Shown here one piece after another: positions 1 through 16,653 of a DNA stretch of 64,000 bases; within the stretch, counting starts at the first letter, position 1, and each line of letters starts with the position of its first letter. The DNA is taken from assembly GCA_039545335.1 (NCBI GenBank), contig BCIN01000001.1:1410604-1474603 (forward strand). The letters are read 5' to 3'. Under the pieces are notes generated by a model that searched no databases, had not been told where the DNA came from, and saw only the letters and a list, made by a program, of their open reading frames with translations. The DNA comes from Kondoa subrosea. Taxonomy: Eukaryota. Made by a program: the position numbers and the translations under genes.

Positions 1-377
1 ACAGTCTGGTATCTCGTTACGAACAAGGTGGATCAGAAGTGAGCAAGTCGCCGGAAATTTCACCAAAGCACGCTCGAAGCGCTTCCTCGGGCTCTACAAC
101 CAGTTTACCTAAATCAGCTACCAGTCCTCGTTTCTCATATATCCATGAAGCGAGTTCCTCTGCTACCTCTTCTCCTCGACAATTGTTCAAACCTAGCAAA
201 CCACCGAGTCCGCCGTCGCCCGAAAGTTCATTTGCTGGAGTCAAGAACATGGCCAGTCGTTGGCAACAAATAGCGCAGGAAGGCAATGCTCGCAGTCCTG
301 GGGTAGAGAATGGTGTCAAGCGCTCAAATACGGTCGGGCGAGGTATGGCCAATAGACAAGAGTGGAAAGCTGTGTGA
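1..377 (+). CDS. 3' end of a gene entering from the left; Ser/Pro-rich low-complexity C-terminus, family not recognised
   Basis: Open frame ending ...RSNTVGRGMANRQEWKAV*, tail-to-tail with the kinase stop at 386. Confidence 0.55.
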   Translation, partial: SLVSRYEQGGSEVSKSPEISPKHARSASSGSTTSLPKSATSPRFSYIHEASSSATSSPRQLFKPSKPPSPPSPESSFAGVKNMASRWQQIAQEGNARSPGVENGVKRSNTVGRGMANRQEWKAV

Positions 378-385
378 TGAATACT

Positions 386-2525
386 TCATACGTCAATTTG
401 CATTACAGTAGATAGCCAAGGCTGTAAAAACACATCTAGTTGAACATCATCTGACCTAATGTAATCTAGTTTCAAGAGGTCTGGGCTTTTGATGCGTTGA
501 CCAGCTGAGATTTTGACCATACTTGAAATGAGTGCGAATGCTGGATGAGGCGCCTCTAGGTACACTAGTCGACTGAGGAGCAACCCGCCTTCCATGTTTG
601 TGAAAGGATTTCTGGAAAAGACGGGTATTCGAGCGCTTTCCTGTAGACCCATTGAGTAAAAGCTTCTGGGAGTCGAAATGACATACAGGCCATGTATCCG
701 CAGTAGGAGTTCCCAGTACGTAGAAAATGTCGCCAATCAGCGCGATATCGCCTCGATTTTCCGCAAACAATGTGGATCGCACGCGCTTGCTTGCCTGCAG
801 TCAGGTCAGTTTCCGTCTCGCAAAGTGTACATTCAATATGTTACCTTTGAGGTAGGTACGGCCCAAGGAGGTCTGGTCGTTAATCCTTCTTCCTCCTCTT
901 CCTGATCATCCTCGTCTTGTCTGAAGCCAGTGAAGAATGCAGCAATGGTCGCTCCGAGAGCCCAGATATCCGTTGTGCATGCGTCGTAACTTGCATCACC
1001 ATGCAGAAGTTCAGGTGCTTTGTATGCTCTAAACAGAAAGGCTTAAGCTATCGATACAAGCTCAAAATAGATGAAGACGGACCCTGTTGCTATATCGCAG
1101 CACATGTTTCCTTCCGCTTCGTCCACATTCGGTCCATTGTACGCAATCCCAAAGTCGATCAGCACGATCTGGCCCTTTGATCCGATAACGAAATTCGAGG
1201 GATTGATATCTCGGTGAGCGATACCTAGTTCATGAATATAGGCAATAGACTTGCACATTTGACCAATGAGTGCTCTACTGATAACTTGGAAATGCTTTTG
1301 ATCCGGTACGAAAGTAGGACTATTGAGTAAAGTTGTGAGGGAAAGAGGATAAAATGGCATTGCGAGATTGTAGGAGCCATTGGTATAGCGATCATCAAGG
1401 AGGGGTGCGATCTTTGTACATCTTTAGATTATGATCCACCAGACAAGAAGAAGCATTACCTGTTTACAGTTCAGAGCTTGTAGGATTTCGATTTCCCGTT
1501 TCACATTATGAGGTTGAGGTAATGTCGCAGCAGTAACTTTCTTGATCGCGACCCACCCAGCTAGCCCTTCACTTAGGCGATCGGAAAGCTTTGCATTGTA
1601 GCAACGGAAAGGCGTCCTATAGACAGCTGACAAATTGTTTGCCAAAAGTACAGAATCAGTGAAATCCACTTTGTCCAGAATAGACTTGTTATCAACCCAT
1701 GAGCCAAAAGTGATGTCTTGCTCCAGATTGAGGGTCTGAAAATGCTCGAGCGGCAAAGAAGGCACATGATCCAGAGAGGGTGAGCGACCATCAGATCCAA
1801 TCAATTTGGGAGCAATGGTCACAACAATTGAGCTGAGAAGCTCTGCCGATTTAAGAACTTCAGGAAGGAAGCGAAGACCCGTTTCAACAAAGATGGAGGC
1901 GATATAGTACTGATCGTGAAGCTTCGTGAAAAGATGCCGTAAAGGTATTCGCCCAGCTTCTTCGGTGCAAGGAACAAAAGAAACTCCTAGAGTATGTAGG
2001 GCCGTCGCCCTATTCCTACCAAGCTCGGTCTTGAGAAAGGCTTCCGAGCAGGCGATCCATATGTTCCGCTTCGAAGAGAAGATCCGTCTAGAAGGAGAAG
2101 ACTGGACTAATGGATCTAGTATGATGACTTGCGGCTGCTTGCTGATATTAGGGACGTCGCGTACTGTTCGAATCGCATAAGTCGAGAAATGCAGTTCTTA
2201 CATAAGCACGCACCAGTAAGCTGCGAATCATCTGCTTCGACAGTCCTCCATGTTACGAGTATAGCATCATGCTGCTTTCGTAAACTTGAGCCACACTTAG
2301 CCATAATTTCAAAATCGCCAATTCTCCGCCTTACTGAAACGTCAACAGCATACTTTCTTTTCCGCTCAAGATCAATCGAGGTTCCCCTTCTCGTGCAGCT
2401 ATCCGGCCATCCATTGATTGAGCATAGGCGACCGTGATCCAAGGTCTTCCTATTGGCTTCGCTTTGGTGAACATTTTATCGACAAAAGCCTCGCATCGAG
2501 CGTGGACATCCTCGATAGTGGCCAT
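386..2525 (-). CDS. Fusion protein: N-terminal Rib7/RibD_C pyrimidine reductase domain plus C-terminal CDK-family (Cak1/Csk1-like) Ser/Thr kinase; multi-exon
   Basis: RibD_C motifs RPWITVAYAQSMDGRIA, LRKQHDAILV, DDSQLTVR..QPQVIILD and SIVVTIAPKLIG. The same exon continues to VAIKKV..HNVKREIEIL. Later exons give HRDINPSN, DFGIA, YKAPELLHG, DIWALG and IFYVLGTPT..TWP. Confidence 0.8.
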
Positions 2526-2580
2526 ATCGATATTTAGTGGTATCTGTCAGGTGCAGCAGTCCAGCGCTGTGGTATACGCA

Positions 2581-3591
2581 ATGATGGCAGAAAAGGGTCA
2601 GGATGCAGATTTGGTGCATTATTTCGCATATCGGGAAGATATGAGCTATAAGTGGCTAGGAGAAGGTCGTAATGCGGTAGTGAAGAATGCAGTGCTTTGT
2701 AAGTCTCGTATGCAGTGCTATCTAATGATTACCTAATCAAGCCTGGCAGCATTCGATTTCCGAGGTATACCTTATGTTGAGCCAGCGTTTATATCATGCA
2801 TCGTCAAAGGACTGAACGACTCGGGTGTGTCTAAATTCTGGCCGTAGAGACACAAATCGAATTGTCTTTCAGATTGTCAAAGTAGCAGTACGGAAGACTA
2901 TCAGCGCTACCTTCATGCTCGTTGCTCGCCTGGCGTCCCATACAGGAATAGCTATCAAATACCTCCGCTTGAGGTTCGCTGCTTGTGCTTTCCCTTTGCA
3001 AAGGCTTATGTGTATTTGAAGGGAGTTCTTTTCAGCATTTCGAGGCGAAAATTAGCTGCACTGGCCACATCGGAAGGTTCTTGGGGACATCAATCAATGT
3101 ACAACATGGGTTATGATCTTCGTCAGGTGCAAGTAGAAAGCTTCGATCAAGACTTTGAGGAATCAAAAGAAGCGCTCAGTTGTACGGCTTACATCCTGAT
3201 TGCCAAAGAAGGAGCGAGACAAGCCGGTTTGGTCCCTACTACCAGATGCTGGCGATCTTTGGCACGACCTGCATATTTACGAGCACTATCGCAACCCTAC
3301 GTTGGTCACTTCATCCTGATTCGACCCTACGAAACTTCCATCACCAGAGGCAAGAGGTTCGGTGCTTTTGTCATGCAGGCTTTGTATTTTCCCGTGAGTT
3401 CACACGCAGACTTAATAAGTCTCCTTCTCCTCATGTTTTCGAAGGCTTTCTTGCTTTCATCACTGCAATATCGAATGCCCTTGCCCGGTCTGGGTTGGTG
3501 TGTTGCATCAATGCTCTCGGCTACTCAGCGACTCGCGATTATAACGGAGCGATGTCTACGACCGTTTATCGGCAGCGGTTACCATCATTGA
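2581..3591 (+). CDS. Gamma-glutamylcyclotransferase-like (GliK-like) protein, multi-exon
   Basis: HYFAY start motif (YFAYGSN degenerate to YFAYRED), AFDFRGIPYVEPAF, LKGVLF...SEG, and a hydrophobic C-terminus ending RPFIGSG. Confidence 0.6.
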
Positions 3592-3717
3592 AAGAGCTAA
3601 TGGTTCGCAGAACAGGTCAATCAATGTAAGATAGTCAGAATCAGTAGGAATACGACTATAACTATTGTTATTGCAAGCCCATCTTGTTGAGCAACCAGTC
3701 TTTCCACGATACTTTTC

Positions 3718-5020
<1,303 letters not shown>

Positions 5021-5110
5021 TTTGAATGTGAAGGGTATGGTTTGAGAAAGAAAGGCTACATTTCACGAATACTAAATATTGCAAGATACTGCCGACCTGT
5101 CACTTCAAGT

Positions 5111-5826
5111 CTACTCTTCCAATGGCGCGGAGCGAATGTTGGCTCTGTGCTAGTCATTAGTGAAAGAAGAGGGCAAGGGTGATGCACAACATACTCTGGG
5201 TTGAAGCTGTATTACCACAAGAAAAGTTAACAACCTTCTGCCAACAGTACTGTAGTCACTTACAACAGACTGTAGATAGTGAAGAAGATGAATATAAGTA
5301 CACCAGAGCTGCTTTGTGCAAATGTCTCGCTCACGATTCTGGTCCCCAAGCTATTGAACACATCAGAAAAAGACAGCGACTGTAGATAGAGAGACGTACG
5401 GAAATCGCCCTTCCTCATATTCATATAAGGGTAGACAATGCGTTCAGGCAATTCTCCTCCATTTTCATGCTTCAAATGTTCTTTGTGATGAGCGTCTACT
5501 CGACAGATAAGCCTCAGACTTCCAATTCAGCAATCCACGCACGCTCTTGTTCGATATTGTAGATGTGAACACCAAGAACCGCAGCTTTCAAGGAAATTTC
5601 AGCACAACAAGGGACTTACTCAAACCTGTATCAACTTACTGAGCGGAACAGCAATGTAGGTAGTGATCTTTCGCCATAATTCAGCCGAGCCAGCTGCATG
5701 GGCTGCGACATGTTCACGTTCTGCCTTGAAAGCCTCTCCGACGAGGTCTGCACCAACTACATAATTCCTTTTGGAAGCAAGAGGTACTTGTCTTGCGATA
5801 TTGCGAGTTGCGAGTCGGCAGATCAT
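5111..5826 (-). CDS. COX13: Cytochrome c oxidase subunit VIa, with several microexons at the 3' end
   Basis: Mitochondrial presequence, FKAEREHVAAHAAGSAELWRKIT, YPYMNMRKGDF, PWG and FNP. Confidence 0.9.
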
Positions 5827-5936
5827 GGTGGTGTGCTGTGTTGTGTTACCCGGTACAACGCTATTAATCGTATGGGACGGTTGTCAAGATCAAGCGACGT
5901 TTTGTGTATAGTATCATGCATTCACGCCCATTACTA

Positions 5937-8900
5937 TCACACAGCTACAATGCTCGCTATCCTACTTAAACACCTCCGAGCCAGCTCATGCGTGCCCAAT
6001 CTAGATTCCTTAATTTCTTCACTCGTCGCTGGACTACCGATCAAACCTAATTCCACTCCGTCTGGCAGACCAGTCAGATCTTGAGCTGTTTCGCTTAGCC
6101 TGTACGGTAGTCCTTCACTTTCGGATGAGGATTTAGGTAAGGCGAGTAAGGAAATAAGGAGCGGGTAGATGTGGAAAAGATGAGCCATAGGTGAGGCTTG
6201 AAGACTTTCTCGGATACTTGTCGAGGCTTCTCCGTTGATATGATCAGAGCCGTTAGTCGCTAGGGAAGAAAGATTCAACGGCAACCTTATGATTGCAAGA
6301 TTGGGCTAACCTTTGGGTTGACCAGCGAAGGCTTCTGCGTATAGTCCTTCCGCAAGTTCCAGGTTGAGTAATTTTTGCAGCATATATGCTAGCTCATCTT
6401 CACGTATTCTGCCATCTTATATCAGCTTGTGATTTCTGACGGCAAAGGAAATCTACCTAGGAAAGGGCAATTTACACCGCAAAGCATTGTCTGCTAAATA
6501 GCTCTTGATAGTGGAAGTTGCTCGGCTGAGAAGGTAAGGTAGGCATAGTCTAGACAATCGCCTGCTTTTAGACGGATCTGCATCAATGCCTGCGCTCTAC
6601 TCAGTATTGCCGCGTATATTTGTGCGAGCAGCTAACCTTGATTCGCGCATAATAGGAACAATAGATCCGAAGACCAGAACCCGAATCTTTCTCGTGGCAA
6701 TTCGATGATTCCAGCAGTACTGCCTTCCTGTGACTTGGCAGAGAAGGAAAATCGAGACAGTCGCTTATTCTGGGACTCATCGGTGAAATTTGGTAAATCA
6801 ACTTCATAAAGACGCGAAGCCTGCTGCAGGGTAGCGGCAAGAAGAAGAATCGTATCGTCCGGGATGTGATCGTTCAGCATATGGGGAAGGATATCCATTT
6901 CCAGAGAGGCTTGACACACTCGCTCAGCTACGAACCACGCTTTGACACATATGCATGACTGACCTAGTAAAGCAAGATCAAAGTTTTCTGCTGCGCGCTT
7001 TTCCGGCGGAAATAGAGTCTGTGTTGGGGAGCTGTGAGACACGTTAAGATCCTTGGTCATCTACATGAGAGCAGGACACTAACTTGTCTGCAGATATTGC
7101 GGCTTTGTAACATTCGGTCAATTGACGCCAAACACTTTCGAACACTTCTGAGGGCAATTGCGATTGAAGATGTTCAAGCTGTGCTGCACATGTTCGAGCC
7201 AAGCGTAAAAATTGCAAGGCAGCTGTTTGCCAAAGAGGAGGATCATGCCCAAATTTGGATGCAGGCGGACACTCGTATTTCAGCCTTAGAGGTACAGCAT
7301 GAGCCTGACAAGAGTAAATCAGCTGGACGTTATAGTCAATGACTAGTATGCTTACCCGAATAAGTTGTTCGACTGCCCCATTTGTGTACAAGAAAGCTGA
7401 GCTGTCATGTTGCAAAAAGAGAGAGGCTGCTTTAGGCATGACAGCTTTTGTGAGAGCGATGTAAGTGATCTTGCTCCCAGATGTGCGACGCATAGGATTA
7501 GCTTGAACGTCAAAAGCTGCTACAAAAGCAAGAGTAGCATATTCTGCAAGATCTGTCAGACAAGCAGCCGCGACAGTTTCATTTCGCGTGTCGAGAGCTT
7601 GAACAATTTCGAGCACAACAGTCTGTAAAGGTGTTAAGGCGTCAATGTCGGGACGATATTCAGGACTTTTGGTCCAAGTTAATGCACGTTTGCTTATTAC
7701 CAGAATTTGAATGCTTCTGTCGGAAGAGTTTGTGAGAGCTTTCCATTTCTGGAGTGGTTGTACTGCTCGTAAGTAGGCTTCTAGAGGAGGTTGGGCGAGC
7801 TGCTGCCTGTCCAACCAGTCATTCGAGCCCAATTGCTCTCCGACCTCGCACCAAAGCGCCCACAGGGTTTCCAAAGACTGATGAATATGGGTTTCTTCTG
7901 TATCAGCTAATGGCGTAGTATATTGACCAAGCTGTTCAAAGGTCTGCATTGAGGTTGTCGCCAGAGCTGAGGATCCGGACAAAAAACATTGCTTCAGATA
8001 TTGCGTCAAGGTAGGATAGACTTCCCCGAAGCGATTAGTCTGTAGAAGCTTATTTGAAAGGAATAAGCGAAAGAGGCCTGAGAGGGACGTCATAAACAGA
8101 ATGGCAGTCGCATCTAGCTGCAGACGTGTATTTGCTTCGTACTCTTGAGCATTCGAGTCATCCATACTTGATACACCGGATTGAGATGGCTCATTCGTTG
8201 CAAGTAGAGGAAAGATAATCTTCCAGAGGCAGTCGTCCCATTCTTCGTAGGACAAGGATTCACCATACACTTCAAGGCAGCGGAACAGTATCTGCATAGA
8301 CCCATCGCGAACCTCTTGCCGACTATCTCGACACAAGTGTTGTAGCCGGTCAAGCAGTAATATCCACAAGATGCCATATCGAGCTGACATCTGATCGGTA
8401 TCCGCTTGCTGTCGACCTTTGATCTGTATATGATCTGAGACTTGCCATAGTAGTCCACTTGCTGTCATGGCGATATTGACATCTTCTGATTGACTGCCAT
8501 ACTCTGACAAAGCATTGATACACAGCTCGACTTCGTCGGTCGATAGAGCAGAAAGAAAGTCTGTACATATGAGTTGTAGCGAAGGAAAGGCGATGCGAAT
8601 TAGAATAGCTTGACGAGCGTTCGACGATGTAGAGAACGAGGATAGGGTAGGTGAAGGAGGCACCATTTCGGATATAGCAAGACTATCAATTCGGTGGTGA
8701 GACGAAGACTTGCGAGGTGCAGAAATAAGGCGGAGAATAGTGAAGACAGGAGACCATCCACACTCGAGTGCATGACCTGAATGTTCAAGGATATTAAAGA
8801 GGGTTTCTAAAGCCATTTTTCTGATTTCGATATCGGTGGATGTGGAAGAGGTTTCATGTGCGTCGGTTGTTGGGCGAGCTTGAGCAGCCAAACATTCAAG

Positions 8901-11676
8901 AATCCGGCTCTGAATATCAGGGCGCATGTTTTGGTCGCCCCCCTCAACCACGGTGCTGGCAGAGGTAAGAATGGTATCGAGTGTTTGTGCTGCCTGCAAT
9001 CGAACAGTTCCAGTTGCAGCAGGCCAATGCTGTATCGCCAAAAGATATCTTGTGATGATTGTCCAAGCTACAGAAGGGTCACGATAGACAAGACGATGGA
9101 TGTTAAGAATAGCGATATCGCTTAGGCGGGAAACAGCGAAGGATTTTTCGTTAGGACGCTTATAGAGAGTCAGCCTGCGCCGAAAGAATTGACTGTAAGC
9201 GACTCACTGGACCTTTCGACACATTGATACCGCTAGCTCTTCGCCGAGCAGCGTCAAGCTGAGGTTGAGAGAAGCCAGAATCAGCCAAATCGTCTGGCAG
9301 GCCAACCATCGCCACGCTAAGTTTTGCCAGTGCATTCGTGAAAGCGGTGAAGGCCTCATCATTCAAGGCACAAGATGTGCTTTCGAAAAGTCGCGAAATG
9401 TGACCAAGGATTTCAGTCTCTTCCTGCCGTTTATTGGCGCCAGCTCTAGCGCGAAGAACATATTCAGCATTCTGCAAAGCTTCGAAGATGGTAAACCAAT
9501 TGGATCCGAGAGAGCCAGCTAACTGATCAGCCAGGCGAATGAGCGATTCCAGGCAGGCGAGATTGCGAGGAGACAGAATTAGTGCTGGGATAGCCGGAGA
9601 GGAAGTCAGACCAAGGGCATCTGCGCCTGTTGCTAGAACATTGGCTGGCAGAGATTTCAGTGAGACAGGACCTGTGCTACTTTGAGGGGTCTGTTCGTGC
9701 GAAGAATGTATGTTGGCGACGATGGTTGGAGGAATGGCAAACTTGCAAAGAGAGCTGAGAAAAGCATCTCTTGGTGTTGTAAGGTCGAGCATACCGCAAA
9801 CAGCTGTAAAAGATTGGAAAGAGCTCAGGACGGTATTGAAAAGAGGTTCGGAAAGTGCTGTGGTGACGAAGAAGGAAAGAGAGAAGAGGAGTGCTGGCCA
9901 TGTAGCTATGACCATCTCCCGAATTGGCCGTAACTGTGTTTCGTCAGGCATTATCGAAAGAAGCAGGGCTGGAGGTGCAGATGGGCTGAATGTACTGTCC
10001 TTCGAACAAAGAGAAGTAATGATGTCGTTATAAAGAGGATTTGTGTGACTGAAAAAGCCATTTGCAACAGAAGTGAGGCATTGCAGAGCCAGCAGGAAGA
10101 CATAGGTCTCAGGTATTGGTGGCGCGTCAGCTTTGTCTAGCTGGTCTATGCTGAATATGCTGTCAGCTAAATCGAAGTAGATCTTTGGGACACACCATTG
10201 CACCTTCATTGAGCTAGTCTCGGTCGAAAATTCCACTGTTGCTGTTCCTCCAACGCTATTCGCCGCTTGCGCAGCCATCTCGATCAATCCGCTGACAGTG
10301 TATTCACTTCCTGGCGTGGTAGACGTTGAGGACTGGGAAATACCCGAGGTAACAGCCTGACCACTCCCAAGCAAGGCTGGTTTTTCGCTTGCTAATCGGC
10401 TCAGAGCATTCAGCATACTGACTAACACTCCCGGATTCCCTTCTCGCTTTCCTTCGTCTGGATTTGCATCGTAACGTTGCCATAAGCGCATTAGAAGCTG
10501 GAAGTCTGAACAAAGACCGCGGAAAATTTCCAAAGCCAAAACTCTCATCCAGATTGGTGAAGTACCGCTCCCTGAAGCCTGGTTCGAAGCATTTGCTGCA
10601 ATCGGATTTGCAGAGACGCCTAAAGGATGTCCTCCAAAACCTTCCACATCTCCCGGGGCTACTACTTTGACCAACATTTGCATAAAGATCTCCACTTCTG
10701 TCGTGAGATAGCTGTCGAATACTTTGAGCAATAGAAAGATAACTCTGGTGAGTCGCAAGGTTGTACTGAATTGAGGTTGTGTGTCGCTTGCTAAAGACCG
10801 AATGAGTAAAGGTGATAGAGAAGATCGAAGTAGATAGAGTAGTTCAGGATGTAAGGTGGAGAAGACGCTATGGAAGTCTGATAGGACCGATTCTATCAGC
10901 TCCAAACCAAAAGTCTTCGGTAAAGCTGTAAGTTTCAGAAAAGAGGGTTGCGATGTTCCCCGTTGCGACCCTGAGACAAGTATACAGAGATCTCGGAAGA
11001 CGTTGTATGCATCTGAAGCGGAAGGCTTGAGCTGAACCATTTCTTCTGTATCTCCTAATTTGACTTCCTCTGCTATCCCCTGACCTCCCTTTGCGCTGTC
11101 TTCAGCTACGACGCCTTCAAATATGAGCATCACAAGTTGTCGAAGAGTTGCTGCTGCAGTACTGCTGACCACGCCAACCTTAGATTCTTGTAAGCGAAAG
11201 CAAAGCAATAACAGATCAGCCAGAAGAGGACCATGTATAGAAGAATTAGACAGAAGAGAAACCAGAGTCTGCAAGATTTTGAGCTGTATCTCGACGCCTT
11301 GACTTGCTACTGTTCGCAAAGCAGGTACTATCATCGCTAGAGATGTCTTGCCCAGGCCGCTCTTGCTTATGACCAGGCGTTGCAAGCATGATATAGCTAT
11401 AGCTATGACCTTTGGATTCTTGGTATTGCATCCAAGCAGGATAGGTTGCAGTAAGACTGGAGTTGCAGGCAGCTCATCTGTTCGTGACAAAACATGAGTA
11501 AAAGGTGTCTAGCCTGTAGACCACTGTCGCGCGCCTTGCTGTAACTCTGCAAAGCCAGCAGTAGAGCTCTCACTAGTCTTGAGACTGTTGACGGCCTTGT
11601 CTGAGGCTTCTCTGACTTCGACATGCTTCCGCTTCGACTCGTTGGACAGAGCCTGGTATTGCGAAGGCAAGTCCAT
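5937..11676 (-). CDS. MON2: Mon2 endosomal/Golgi Sec7-family-related scaffold
   Basis: LSNESKRKHVEVREAS, STAAATLRQLV, FGLELIESVL, WMRVLALEIFRGLC, IDQLDKADAPPIPETY, FPSLQLICTDFL and DSRQEVRDGS. Confidence 0.95.
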
Positions 11677-11844
11677 GTGCACGTAGGATATGTAGCTGCA
11701 GGTATTCTTCCACTATCAGAGCATTGGTATACGGCCAGGACCTCGGTTGGTCAAAGGAGACATAGACAATAGACAATGACTTTGATTTCAGAACTCGTTC
11801 ATTTCGTGTCCAGCGTTACTATACAGCACCCAATACTAATATGC

Positions 11845-16079
<4,235 letters not shown>

Positions 16080-16653
16080 GACTGAGTCTTTGCGATGAGC
16101 TCAAATGAGGCCCAAGATCGGATGTTGTCGCAAGGTAATGTAATCAGGAGACGTAGCCAGCTGCTTTGCAACAGTCCCTAATCAAGATTGAGGTAGGCAA
16201 GCAATTCAGAGCTTCTCAAAGGCGAGTCCAATGAGTTCCAGTTTGAACGTGTTCTTGCTTGCAGCGACCGAATAAGGCAAAGCAGGGGCCGAGAAAGAGC
16301 TTCTACAATTAGAGAAGTCTCGAAAGGTTGTGCTTGAAGCACAAGATGATGAGTGTTTGCGGATAACAATCAACTCTCGAGGCGCAGGTCAGGCGCAGTC
16401 ATCGACTTTCTCTATCTGAAAACGCTACACACTTTCCTCTTCAAGCCTATTTCACAATGTGTATTCCCTGAAGCCTTTTGAGCAATAAATTAAGTTGTCC
16501 TATGCACGAGTTAGACCAAACACGGGTTGCTGACATACGAGAGCTTACCGAGTCTGTTGAGCCGGATCTATATACATGTATGTCTGGGTGTCACAATGTC
16601 AGCAAATACATCATCTTGTGCGTAAGAAAGCGCTCACGATCAATCTAGAGGTA

